Source of the DNA: an uncultured Candidatus Saccharibacteria bacterium
Lineage (GTDB): Bacteria; Patescibacteriota; Dojkabacteria; GCA-002793355
Assembly (NCBI GenBank): GCA_964525295.1
Contig: CAZGEO010000001.1
Coordinates: forward strand, 312,662-376,661
Reading direction: 5' to 3'
Length of the DNA stretch: 64,000 nt
Shown here: piece after piece, positions 55,001 through 63,582 of the stretch
Layout of the letters: the number at the start of each line of letters is the position of its first letter
How positions within the stretch are numbered: position 1 is the stretch's first letter
Made by a program: the position numbers and the translations under genes
Notes under the pieces: model-generated
What the model was told of the DNA's origin: nothing
Database searches by the model: none
Seen by the model: only the letters and a program-made list of their open reading frames with translations

Positions 55001-55602
55001 TCCATATACTCTTCACTCGCCTTGTCAGAGGTATGACGCTGAATCTCAACAAAGAAATTACCTTTAAAGATTGAATCGTACTCTTCGACCAATTTCATCG
55101 CCTGTTGCATACCTTTTTCGGTGTCACCACGATTTTTCCAGAACGCACCCGGAACCTCACCTCCATAACATCCACTAAGGCCAATTAATCCTTCACTATG
55201 TTGCGCCAATAATTGTTTGTCGATTCTCGGTTTATAATAAAAACCTTCAGTATTTGCGATACTCACTAATTTCAGTAAATTTTTATATCCAGTAAAATCT
55301 TTTGCTAAGAGGGTTAAGTGATAATACAACTTGTCTTCGTCATCTCCTGCGCGAAAATTCCCTTCTTTCAAACGATAATCTTTAGAAATATATGTTTCGA
55401 CTCCGAAAATAGGTTTGAATTCATTCTCTTTTGCAACTTTTTGGAATTCGGCAACTCCGTGCATTACTCCGTGATCGGTAACTGCAACGGCAGGCATTCC
55501 CAATTCTTTAACTTTGTATCCTAATTCTTTCAGCTTGACTAAACCATCAAGCATTGAATATTCCGAGTGTAAATGTAAGTGAACAAAGGATTGGTCAGCC
55601 AT
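52024..55602 (-). CDS. dnaE: DNA polymerase III alpha subunit.
   Basis: N-terminal PHP domain (VHLHLHSEYSMLDG), the polymerase core, and an OB fold. 1192 aa. Confidence 0.9.
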   Translation of the reverse strand: MADQSFVHLHLHSEYSMLDGLVKLKELGYKVKELGMPAVAVTDHGVMHGVAEFQKVAKENEFKPIFGVETYISKDYRLKEGNFRAGDDEDKLYYHLTLLAKDFTGYKNLLKLVSIANTEGFYYKPRIDKQLLAQHSEGLIGLSGCYGGEVPGAFWKNRGDTEKGMQQAMKLVEEYDSIFKGNFFVEIQRHTSDKASEEYMDPLLRELAKRVNKPLVASGDVHYLLHEDAKIQDIFWAIHEGRTIYDPKHMKMHTDELYFKSAEEMYELFSDIPEAPANTLMIADMIEKYSIFFDRVQPKYLDVPEGETAETLLRKFTYEGAVARYGEITDEIRERLDYELKVINDKGYNDYFLIVSDYIKWAKSQGILVGPGRGSGAGSVVAYCNSITDIDPFWWGLQFERFLNPYRPSPPDFDIDFQDDRRGEVIKYIEHKYGHDNVSAICAIGRMDTKAAIRDVSRALAIPLDQADKVAKMIPVKRGKPMPVSEAMETMPEFRQFVESDPKLVEMVNAVKRIKKIARNVSVHACGYVITPDPISEYVPLRRAPQDTELVITQVEGAHLEDVGLMKYDFLGLRTLTIIKNVENAIFRQHGETIDWDKLGVEDKKSYVLFQKALTDGIFQFESQGMKKYLIDLVPTTILDICFMCAAYRPGPMGYIPDYIERKHGRKDIEYLHPDMKGLLGETMGYAIYQEQVMAIAVEMAGYSIGEADLLRRAMGKKKKEILDAEKPKFIDGMLKKGYTQELADQVFAYMLPFADYGFNKSHSACYAVVAYRTAYLKAHHPIEFVVGLMQADMGHTDKLENDLSQAVAMHVQVLPPQINQSNLEFSIEYHDDELEKHWLDDDFSEQLAKRKAKGEYHYIGSIRYGLKGIKGASQKALEALIEERGKGGEFQHLDDLISRVDLDRVDKKTLLLLAQAGAMNDWGERNALITLIPIIYDRHKAEIKKEVVEQMSLFSFGGSEENKQKMVQQTPLPVVEPASIMQILKWERDLFGIYLTSHPLHQYTDYFMSIGAKSLDEAIAELPAEEIFIGASISRMKKLNTKNGDMMAFLDLEDTTSTVSAVLFPRTYQVFAKLLLENPDALNEAFIFKGRIDKRLDKVSFVISNFELITPESTKTDRVVKNIKIRLHQNLAKDDLDALKAFIAANPGDVKLTFEVPAAQGFKLVAYKGGIAYSFDIKKTLRRFGDVSENN

Positions 55603-55622
55603 ATCGGGTCATACTACTTAAT

Positions 55623-57305
55623 TTACGCAAGAGTTTCAACATCTGCTCCTAATACTGAATCAAATGCGGATTCGAGAGGCGACTCTGCTGATTTTGCTTC
55701 AACCTTAACCGATTGAACCGCAGGGGCGACTACATTGTCGTCAATTTCTCGTGGGGCAGTTTTCTTAAATACCAACTCTTCTTTGCTAATAACACAAATA
55801 AACTGCAATGGCGAGTTATAGATTTTTTTTGCAGCGTTGAGTAAAACCATCTGATTTTTTGCATTCTCTAATTGCTTCTTATGAAAATCATAGGGAACTT
55901 TCAATTCAACTTTTGTAACCTGAACTTGCTGATCAAACTGCGCTGCGCTTGGGCTAGCTGCCATGATAAACGTATATAGTTGCTTATGTTCGAGCTGAAC
56001 AGCACGAATAAAAGCAGTCCAATCTGCTTGAATTTCATCTAATGAAAGATTTCGAGCCGGAACTTCTTTCGCTTTTTTCTTTACTTTCTTTTTTTTGACA
56101 ACCATTTTTTTCTCGGGATCTGTTGAAGTAGTTTCGATTTCAGAGGGTACTTGTTCGGCAACTGACGTTGATATTTTAGTTTCTGCTTTGATTACTGTGT
56201 CAGAAATTTCTGGCTTCGGTTTTGGCGTTACTTCTTGTTTTATAACGACAGGTAGATCACCTTTTTCTTGGACCATTTGCACCGTCGCAAGTTGTAATGG
56301 CAAGCGATGGTCAAATGCCAATCGTTGAGAACTATACGCATCTAGTAAAAGCTTTATTAGTTCGGTCAAGCGAGCACGAGATACAGCTACAACAGGCTCA
56401 CCTATCTCTTCAGCAACAGACTTATCGAGCAAACAATCGCGCAATGTAAGAATAACCGATTTAGTAAATTGTGGAATGTTTGTTCCACGCGAGAAAACCT
56501 CTTCTAAGGTTGATAATGCTTCAGAAACTTTCCCTTCTGCAATCGCCAGGATGTACGAATTGACAACGGTATCGTCGGGTAATCCGAGTGATTCCTGCAC
56601 TTCCTCAAAAGTTAATTCTTTATCTCCCGTCGCAGCTACAATTGTATCGAGCAATGAAACTGCATCTCTATAACTACCACCTGAGTGAGTCACTAGTAAA
56701 TCTAGCCCTTTCTTATCAACTTTCACTCCTTCGGATTCCATAATTTTTTTCAACGCCGTGTTTATGTCTCTTTGATTTCCCAAGCGAAACTCAAACTTTT
56801 CACAACGAGACATTATGGTTGCTGGAATTTTATGCGGTTCTGTTGTTGCCAAAATAAAGGTAACATATTCTGGTGGCTCTTCGAGTGTTTTGAGGAGCGC
56901 ATTAAAGGCCTCTTTCGTTAACATATGCACTTCATCAACGATATACACCTTCTGTTTACCCATTGCTGGATTATATTCAATTCTTTCTTTTAATTCGCGA
57001 ATTTCATCTATACCTCGATTAGAAGCTGCATCTATTTCAATCAAATCAATAAACTTACCTTCATCAAAAGCTTTGCAAGTATGACATTCACCACAAGGTT
57101 CACCATTTTTTAGCGCTTCACAGTTGAGTGCCCGAGCAAGAATTCGTGCTGTTGTTGTTTTACCTGTTCCTCTAGGACCTATAAAAAGATACGCATGCCC
57201 TGTTAAACCTTTGGATAATTCGGCTTTTAATAATCTTACTATGTGTGTTTGACCAACCAGTTCGGAAAATTCTTTAGGTCTATATGTGCTGTACAACGAT
57301 GGCAT
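55623..57305 (-). CDS. dnaX: DNA polymerase III gamma/tau subunit.
   Basis: AAA+ clamp-loader N-terminus with GPRGTGKTTTARILARALNCE and zinc-module cysteines. 560 aa. Confidence 0.9.
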   Translation of the reverse strand: MPSLYSTYRPKEFSELVGQTHIVRLLKAELSKGLTGHAYLFIGPRGTGKTTTARILARALNCEALKNGEPCGECHTCKAFDEGKFIDLIEIDAASNRGIDEIRELKERIEYNPAMGKQKVYIVDEVHMLTKEAFNALLKTLEEPPEYVTFILATTEPHKIPATIMSRCEKFEFRLGNQRDINTALKKIMESEGVKVDKKGLDLLVTHSGGSYRDAVSLLDTIVAATGDKELTFEEVQESLGLPDDTVVNSYILAIAEGKVSEALSTLEEVFSRGTNIPQFTKSVILTLRDCLLDKSVAEEIGEPVVAVSRARLTELIKLLLDAYSSQRLAFDHRLPLQLATVQMVQEKGDLPVVIKQEVTPKPKPEISDTVIKAETKISTSVAEQVPSEIETTSTDPEKKMVVKKKKVKKKAKEVPARNLSLDEIQADWTAFIRAVQLEHKQLYTFIMAASPSAAQFDQQVQVTKVELKVPYDFHKKQLENAKNQMVLLNAAKKIYNSPLQFICVISKEELVFKKTAPREIDDNVVAPAVQSVKVEAKSAESPLESAFDSVLGADVETLA

Positions 57306-57311
57306 GCGAAC

Positions 57312-57340
57312 AGTTTACGACACGAATAACCGTACATCAA
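57312..57340 (-). promoter_or_regulatory. Sigma70-like promoter: TTGATG, 17-bp spacer, TAAACT. It ends 6 nt upstream of the dnaX ATG.
   Basis: Minus-strand sequence is TTGATGtacggttattcgtgtcgTAAACTgttcgcATG. Confidence 0.4.
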
Positions 57341-57416
57341 GTGTTTCACGAAACAGATAAATTGTTACTTTTTTTAGCTATTTACGTCTTAGCAACAATT
57401 AGATTATTATAGTTAT

Positions 57417-58226
57417 ATGAAAAAAATATTTTCGATCGCAAAAGATATTGCGAAAAAGATAAAAGAGGCATTTGCTAGAGTTTTTGCAAACGCTACAGCA
57501 CGACGTATTAGTATTGTATTAGTACTACTAATAATAGGATTTGGCCTATACCTTGGATTTCTCTACGTCAGATACAGTATTCAAGAATTGAATTCGCCCG
57601 AACCTCAAGCAACCGCTCAACCAACCATCTCTACCACACCAGCTCCCACAATGACAGAAAGCACACCAACACCTACACGAGAGTTGTCTATAAAAGAAAT
57701 TGAAGATCAATTAATGGTAGATGAACTTAAAAAGTTTACGTCTGGTTCAGAAAAGAAACAGATAACACTTCCACTAAGTAACCACAAGATCACCGTTCCC
57801 TCTAAAGCAGCAGTTACCTCAGTAATTCAAAAAATTACGCCAAGCAAGTATGGTGATATAACCTCAGACAGCGAAGGTACCTGCCTATCTCTTGGCAAAG
57901 ATCTTACCATTGATACCACATCAGTCCCTTGTCGCTATGATCGAGTTGAATTCGATTTCTGGACACGAACACGTTTAACAAGGAAATTTGGAAGCATCAC
58001 CGTTTACTACGATACCTACCCATCAGATTTAACAAATCTTAGTGATTCGCAAAAAGCATCATTAACGGCGAAAGAGATCACCTTCATGGGACGTACTGTG
58101 AAGCACACAATCATCGACAACAAAGGCTTCATAATAACAACGATTAATAGCACTCCCGTGACCATCTTAACCTCAGGAAATGAAACTTTGTCAGAAGTGT
58201 TACATACCATCCTAGCAACATTCTAA
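57417..58226 (+). CDS. Hypothetical secreted or anchored protein. Paralogous C-terminal domain shared with the next gene.
   Basis: N-terminal TM anchor (ISIVLVLLIIGFGLYLGFLYV), a Thr/Pro-rich linker, and a C-terminal domain TCLSLGKDLTIDTTSVPCRYDRVEFDFWTRTRL. Confidence 0.5.
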   Translation: MKKIFSIAKDIAKKIKEAFARVFANATARRISIVLVLLIIGFGLYLGFLYVRYSIQELNSPEPQATAQPTISTTPAPTMTESTPTPTRELSIKEIEDQLMVDELKKFTSGSEKKQITLPLSNHKITVPSKAAVTSVIQKITPSKYGDITSDSEGTCLSLGKDLTIDTTSVPCRYDRVEFDFWTRTRLTRKFGSITVYYDTYPSDLTNLSDSQKASLTAKEITFMGRTVKHTIIDNKGFIITTINSTPVTILTSGNETLSEVLHTILATF

Positions 58227-58241
58227 TTCACTCAACGAAAT

Positions 58242-59396
58242 ATGAAGAACAGCAAACAAACAAAAGCTACCGTTCTAACAGACGTGAAAGCATACGGCAA
58301 TAGATTTCTTACGATTATCTTCCTGATCACCCTACTCATTGCCTTAGCATTCGTTGCGAGCCTCAACGCAGTTAAGCTTCCCTTTATGCAAGGTAGAGGA
58401 ACAGCAACCGTGCAAACGATCAAACCTCTAAATATTAGGCTTGACATACCAAAGGCAGAATGGGTTACAGAATTAACAAAAGAAGAATTGCGAATAACAT
58501 TTACCCTTGTAAACGATTCCGATAAAACGTTAAAGTTACTTCAAGAGAACATTCACATAGTCGCGCTTACCAACGATAACGAGCAAATCACTTTCTCACC
58601 GACACTCGAACAAGGAAACATTGTTGATATTCCCACAAAATGGGGAAGGCAGAACCAACTTTCAGTGATTGTTCCTCACAAAGAGAGGAATATTCATCAC
58701 TATTTAGCAATGCGGATTTTTTCAGATAACCAAACTCAACCATTCGAAGGGCAATATGCTCAATTCAATCTCATGGCACAATATCGAATGATGCCAGAAG
58801 ATGCTCAAAAAGGAGTCAGTTATTCTGGAACACTAACCGCAACCACACAAGACAAATCACTACAAGCGTCCATAGACAGATTCCTTCAAAATAAAGAAGT
58901 TAACAAGGTTAAACTTTCACTTCTCAATTCCGCAATAAATGCACCGGTGAAGGCAACTGTTACCGAAATCAACCAACAAGTTTTTGAAGTACCAGATGAG
59001 ATGGGCGAAGGTACCTACGAACAAACCTCTGATTACGGTGCGCGCTGTTACAAACTTAACAGCGACTTGTCGATTGATATTGAAAAAGAAATTGACTGTC
59101 ACTACAACTCTGTTGAATATACCCTATGGAGCGATGATCGTTTGAGTAAAGTAAGTGGAAAAATGGATTTCTACGCTGGCACTCATCCACTAAACCTCAC
59201 TAATTTTCACCAACAACAGATTGAAAAAGCCATTACTACTAAAGTTTTCATTAAAGGAAAAGAATACACTCTAATTTCATTTGACATCTTTTCATTTGTA
59301 ACCATAAACGTTAATGGCAAACCAACGACCGTAAGATTTGAAAACGATGAAAAGACGAACACTATCTCATTGAAGATCTTACAAAGCCTTGAGTAA
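58242..59396 (+). CDS. Hypothetical secreted or anchored protein. Paralog of the preceding gene.
   Basis: N-terminal TM anchor. The C-terminal domain RCYKLNSDLSIDIEKEIDCHYNSVEYTLWSDDRL aligns with the 57417-58226 protein, sharing the pattern C..L...L.ID......C.Y..VE...W...RL. Confidence 0.5.
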   Translation: MKNSKQTKATVLTDVKAYGNRFLTIIFLITLLIALAFVASLNAVKLPFMQGRGTATVQTIKPLNIRLDIPKAEWVTELTKEELRITFTLVNDSDKTLKLLQENIHIVALTNDNEQITFSPTLEQGNIVDIPTKWGRQNQLSVIVPHKERNIHHYLAMRIFSDNQTQPFEGQYAQFNLMAQYRMMPEDAQKGVSYSGTLTATTQDKSLQASIDRFLQNKEVNKVKLSLLNSAINAPVKATVTEINQQVFEVPDEMGEGTYEQTSDYGARCYKLNSDLSIDIEKEIDCHYNSVEYTLWSDDRLSKVSGKMDFYAGTHPLNLTNFHQQQIEKAITTKVFIKGKEYTLISFDIFSFVTINVNGKPTTVRFENDEKTNTISLKILQSLE

Positions 59397-59627
59397 GTTG
59401 AATTCTCTGAGTTTGCGTTCTCTGTTCCAACTTTTGATTTCGATTTCACGTTTCAAGGCTGCACTTTTTGATTCGTGTGCTTCAGAATAGACAAGAATAA
59501 ACGGCAAATGCGCACGCACGTATTTTGAACCTTTGCCCTCTGCATGAGTTTTTAACCGTGCCCTAAGATCATTTGTTATTCCTGTATACAAGGTCCCCTC
59601 GGCACATCTCAAAACGTAAACGAAATA
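59379..59627 (-). CDS. GIY-YIG-domain nuclease (small stand-alone UPF0213-like).
   Basis: MYFVYVLRCAEGTLYTGITNDLRARLKTH is the GIY-YIG motif. It is 83 aa from the ATG at 59627. Confidence 0.65.
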   Translation of the reverse strand, partial: YFVYVLRCAEGTLYTGITNDLRARLKTHAEGKGSKYVRAHLPFILVYSEAHESKSAALKREIEIKSWNRERKLREFNLLKAL

Positions 59628-59683
59628 CATACTGTCATAATACAATGAATTACATTTTCTGTATTTGCTAAAATATCCGTTAC

Positions 59684-61450
59684 ATGAAAAACATTTTTAA
59701 AATTTTACGTCTAACAAAGCCCTTGCACGGTCTGATGTTACTAATTATCTCTATCACCATAATTGGGGCTGTTTTTGAATTAACCACTCCACTACTTTCA
59801 GGAAGAATACTCGATGAAGTAATACACCAGGTCGCTAGCCAATCAAAAGATTACAACTATTTACTAATGTTAATCGGTATATCGCTTTTAGCAACAATTG
59901 GATATTTAATACTGCGCAGCCTAGGTCAACGATTAGGCGACCACTTAGCAGCCAAAGTTAGGAAATTTCTTACAGAGAAGTTTTACGACAAGGCTTTTAA
60001 ATTGTCGCAGTCCTACTACGATTCAGAAGTTTCAGGGAAACTAGTGAATCAACTTAACCGAGGTATTAATTCAATCCAGGACTTCTCAAATACCGCAACA
60101 AATTTCATAATCCCAATTTTCTTGCAAGCCATCATCGTAATTGGAATCCTTTTTTACTACAACGTGTTCCTTGGTTTGCTTATGATAATTATCTTACCTG
60201 TTTATCTTGGCATCAGCTCAATTTCTACGAAGAGATGGGGAATTAAGGAAGAAGCTCGAAACAAAATTGAAGACAAAAACCGAGGAAGAATCCAAGAGGT
60301 GATGTCAAACATCAAACTAGTTAAAGGCTATAATTCTGAAAAAAATGAATATGCCCTAGTATCCCAAAACCTAACAGATATAAATAAAATTCAATGGAAA
60401 CAAAGTACCGAATATCATATTTTTGATTTTCTAAGAGAATTCATACTCCACCTTATACTTTTTGGAACAAGCTCCATAATTTTCTACAATACGCTGATTG
60501 GCCTTATTTCAGTTGGAACGGTCATTGTACTCATTCAATTGGTTGAACGTGCAAGATCCTCACTCTTTGGAATGTCTTACATTTTGACCCAAATTCAGCA
60601 AGCAGAGTCAGGTTCAAAAGAATACTTAGAGATCCTTGACCTTCCTGAATCAGAAGATTACACCAAAGAAGAAAAAGTTGAAAAAATAACTTCTCCAGAA
60701 CTTACTTTCGAAAACGTTACTTTTAAATATGACTCGTCAGAAAATGTTCTTGAAGATATTTCCTTCACAATTGGGCAAAACGAAATGGTTGCAATTGTTG
60801 GCCCAAGCGGCGCAGGAAAATCTACAGTGAGCAACTTAATTGTCAAATTTTATGACCCAACCTCGGGCAAAATATCACTGAATGGCAAAGATTATTCAAA
60901 ACTGAGCCACAGTTTCGTAAGAAACAATATTGCACTAGTGTTCCAGGAAAACGAGCTGTTTTCAACAACAGTCAAAGAGAATGTAGCATACGGAGCAGCT
61001 GTAAACGAAGAAAAAGTTATTGAAGCTCTCAAAAAAGCCAATGCCTGGGAATTCGTTTCTGCAATGGAATCAGGAATGAACACAGAGGTTGGCGAACGGG
61101 GGATAAAATTATCTGGCGGACAAAAACAAAGAATCCAAATCGCACGCGCAATTTACAAAGACGCCCCAATTCTCATTCTTGACGAGGCGACCTCAAGTCT
61201 TGACGCAAAATCTGAGAGTGAGGTAAGCGAGGCAATCGATAACCTTGTTAAAAACCGTTTAGTCATCGTTATTGCACACCGTTTTTCAACAATCCAAAAT
61301 GCGAGCAAAGTGATCGTTTTAAACGAAAAGAAGATTGAGGCAATAGGAACACCACAAGAACTTTCTGTAAGGCCAGGTATTTATGCAGAACTTCTGAAAT
61401 ATCAAATCGAAGGTAATAAAAAACTTTTAAAGAAATTCGAATTGTACTAA
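59684..61450 (+). CDS. ABC exporter, a fused permease and ATPase (MsbA/type I exporter-like).
   Basis: Six N-terminal TM helices. Walker A is GPSGAGKST, the signature is LSGGQKQRIQIARAI, and Walker B is ILILDEATSSLD. Confidence 0.85.
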   Translation: MKNIFKILRLTKPLHGLMLLIISITIIGAVFELTTPLLSGRILDEVIHQVASQSKDYNYLLMLIGISLLATIGYLILRSLGQRLGDHLAAKVRKFLTEKFYDKAFKLSQSYYDSEVSGKLVNQLNRGINSIQDFSNTATNFIIPIFLQAIIVIGILFYYNVFLGLLMIIILPVYLGISSISTKRWGIKEEARNKIEDKNRGRIQEVMSNIKLVKGYNSEKNEYALVSQNLTDINKIQWKQSTEYHIFDFLREFILHLILFGTSSIIFYNTLIGLISVGTVIVLIQLVERARSSLFGMSYILTQIQQAESGSKEYLEILDLPESEDYTKEEKVEKITSPELTFENVTFKYDSSENVLEDISFTIGQNEMVAIVGPSGAGKSTVSNLIVKFYDPTSGKISLNGKDYSKLSHSFVRNNIALVFQENELFSTTVKENVAYGAAVNEEKVIEALKKANAWEFVSAMESGMNTEVGERGIKLSGGQKQRIQIARAIYKDAPILILDEATSSLDAKSESEVSEAIDNLVKNRLVIVIAHRFSTIQNASKVIVLNEKKIEAIGTPQELSVRPGIYAELLKYQIEGNKKLLKKFELY

Positions 61451-61518
61451 TCAACAAATTCAGTTGCTCGATTGGTCGCGTAACCGAGGCACAGTTTGCG
61501 GTTCTGAAAGATAATGAC

Positions 61519-61548
61519 TAAAAAAAGAGGAGCCTTTCGACTCCTCTT
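61519..61548. terminator. Bidirectional intrinsic terminator between the ABC exporter (+) and rplL (-).
   Basis: AAAAAA-AAGAGGAG-CCTTTCGA-CTCCTCTT-CTGCTATCTTTT. An 8-bp perfect stem, with an A6 tract on one side and a T-rich tract on the other. Confidence 0.6.
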
Positions 61549-61601
61549 CTGCTATCTTTTCGATAGTGCAGGTTACGACATAAAGCCGTAACTTACTGCG
61601 A

Positions 61602-61988
61602 CTATTTCAAAGTAACGGTTGCGCCTGCTTCTTTGAGCTTGGCTGCCATTTCATCGGCTTCTGCCTTTGCGACACCTTCCTTAACGGTTTTTGGTGCTGC
61701 TTCGACGAATTCCTTTGCTTCGGTCAATCCGAGTCCTGTAAGATCTTTAACAACCTTAATTACTCCGATTTTGTTTGACCCTGCATTTTCGAGAACAACG
61801 TCAAAGATTGACTTCTCTTCTGCTGGAGCTGCCGCTGCTGCTGGTGCTGCTGCGACTGCAACTGCTGGAGCTGCTGCACTGACGCCGAACTTCTCTTCCA
61901 TTGCCTTGACTAAGTCTGCAAGTTCGAGAACGCTCATCTCGGAAACGAGGTCGAGAACCTGTTGCTGTGTTTTGCTGAGTTCTGCCAT
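61602..61988 (-). CDS. rplL: 50S ribosomal protein L7/L12.
   Basis: N-terminal dimerisation domain, an Ala/Pro hinge ([22 protein letters not shown]), and the C-terminal domain ending ...[11 protein letters not shown]. Confidence 0.9.
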   Translation of the reverse strand: MAELSKTQQQVLDLVSEMSVLELADLVKAMEEKFGVSAAAPAVAVAAAPAAAAAPAEEKSIFDVVLENAGSNKIGVIKVVKDLTGLGLTEAKEFVEAAPKTVKEGVAKAEADEMAAKLKEAGATVTLK

Positions 61989-62032
61989 GTTTCTTGTATA
62001 TATATTATGTTCCTAAAAAAGCCTAACCGAAG

Positions 62033-62599
62033 TTATGCCTTCTTATTCTGTAGATCAGTTAATGCGTACACAAGCTTTCGTGGAACGCCATTCATTACGT
62101 TCATGAAGCTGGTAAGCGGTGCTGCAAGAGTACCAACGAACATTGCGAGTACGGTCTTCTTGTCTGGTAATTGTGACAAACGAACAATATCGTTGTCATT
62201 CAAAATAGTTCCGTTGATGAAACCCATTTTGTAAGCAAACGGTGAATATGAAGCAACTGTTTTATCATCTGCGCCTGTAAGTGCAAGTGCTGCTTTGGCT
62301 TCTTTAGTTGCAGCTTCAAGTTGCTTGACTGCAGTAACGACATCGTTGCCACCTTCAATAACAGCGAGCTGACCGACTAAATTGACCTCAGTGAGCTTTT
62401 CATTCTTGTTTGCTGCTTTAGTAAAAACAGTATCTTTGATGACATAAAGCTTTGCGTCAACACCTGCAAGAAGTTTACGAAGATTCGAAACAACTGCTGC
62501 AGGTACTTTATTAGTTTCAATTACGATGAAGTTTGCTTTAGAAACAACTTCTTCGTAAGTCTTCATCAGTTCTGCCTTTTGTGCTTTGTTTTTTGGCAT
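62033..62599 (-). CDS. rplJ: 50S ribosomal protein L10.
   Basis: 188 aa, immediately upstream of rplL. The sequence is L10-typical (…FIVIETNKVPAAVVSNLRKLL…). Confidence 0.9.
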   Translation of the reverse strand: MPKNKAQKAELMKTYEEVVSKANFIVIETNKVPAAVVSNLRKLLAGVDAKLYVIKDTVFTKAANKNEKLTEVNLVGQLAVIEGGNDVVTAVKQLEAATKEAKAALALTGADDKTVASYSPFAYKMGFINGTILNDNDIVRLSQLPDKKTVLAMFVGTLAAPLTSFMNVMNGVPRKLVYALTDLQNKKA

Positions 62600-62741
62600 T
62601 GTCTATATGACAAATTTATCTGACGACAAGACTTGAGAAAAGAAAGTGAAATTTCTGATCTCGGCCGGATTATTAAGCTTCTTAAGCCCCGACTGTCTAT
62701 GATCGATGGAGAATTATACCGCAATAAATATGAATTATCAA
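62600..62741 (-). promoter_or_regulatory. rplJ promoter (TTGATA, 17-bp spacer, TATAAT) plus a ~105-nt untranslated leader. Candidate L10-leader-type autoregulatory RNA.
   Basis: Minus-strand sequence is TTGATAattcatatttattgcggTATAAT. The structured leader follows, containing palindromic GCUUAAGAAGCUUAA and GGCCGG elements. There is no Shine-Dalgarno before the ATG. Confidence 0.45.
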
Positions 62742-62769
62742 TCTACACTCGTAAACTACCGAATCACAG

Positions 62770-63582
62770 TTATTCTTGGGGGTCTTTACCATCCCCACCG
62801 CCAAGTCGGCCGTACATTTTCCAAGTTTTCTTTATAATTTTTGAACCTGCATAAATACCAGTCCCCAATAGTAAAGAACCTATCGCCATATAGCCAATAA
62901 TATTTAACATTTTCTTTGGATTGTTATATCGCCGTGTAGACGTAACGATTTCGACTTCGAGATTACGATATTTGTAGCCATTTTTTACCGCTCGCTGAAA
63001 CAAATCTTGATCTTCACCTATTGTTAAATTTTCATCAAACCCTGATAAATGGTCAAACTTATTTTTCTTAATCATAATAAACGCCCCACCTTCCCAATTT
63101 GGATGTTGAAAAACATTCTGGGTATGACGTATAGAATTTGTTATTGGAAACAAGATTTTTCCAATAGAAACCCCAAACTTCGATTCATTTTCTTTATTAT
63201 TTTCATCAACAGCATATTTAGCAGAAGCAATATCTACTTCATTTCTCAAATATTCTAGAAATGCATCTGCCAAAGTCATTGGGTGTGGCAATTGCGTATC
63301 TGCATCCAAAAATAATAAATACTCCGATTTTGCTACTTTTGCACCGGCATTTCGACCAAAGGCGATTTTTCCGCCTTCAACTACGATTGCTCCATATTGC
63401 TTCGCAATCTCTCGGGTCTTGTCTGGAGATTTTGCATCCGCAACAATTACCTCAGCAGGCTTGAAGACCTGATTCGAAATACTTTCAAGAAGAAGTGGTA
63501 ATAGTTTTTCTTCTGAGTACGTCGGAATTACTACTGAGATTGGCAATATCACCTCAGCATTTTCCTGTTTATTTTTTTGCAT
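62770..63582 (-). CDS. Family 2 glycosyltransferase with a C-terminal TM helix.
   Basis: ISVVIPTYSEEKLLPLLLESISNQVF...LFLDADTQL is GT2 with a DxD motif. I chose the ATG at 63582. It overlaps the upstream paralog's stop by 14 bp and is preceded by GGAGGGAAG 9 nt upstream. Confidence 0.65.
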   Translation of the reverse strand: MQKNKQENAEVILPISVVIPTYSEEKLLPLLLESISNQVFKPAEVIVADAKSPDKTREIAKQYGAIVVEGGKIAFGRNAGAKVAKSEYLLFLDADTQLPHPMTLADAFLEYLRNEVDIASAKYAVDENNKENESKFGVSIGKILFPITNSIRHTQNVFQHPNWEGGAFIMIKKNKFDHLSGFDENLTIGEDQDLFQRAVKNGYKYRNLEVEIVTSTRRYNNPKKMLNIIGYMAIGSLLLGTGIYAGSKIIKKTWKMYGRLGGGDGKDPQE

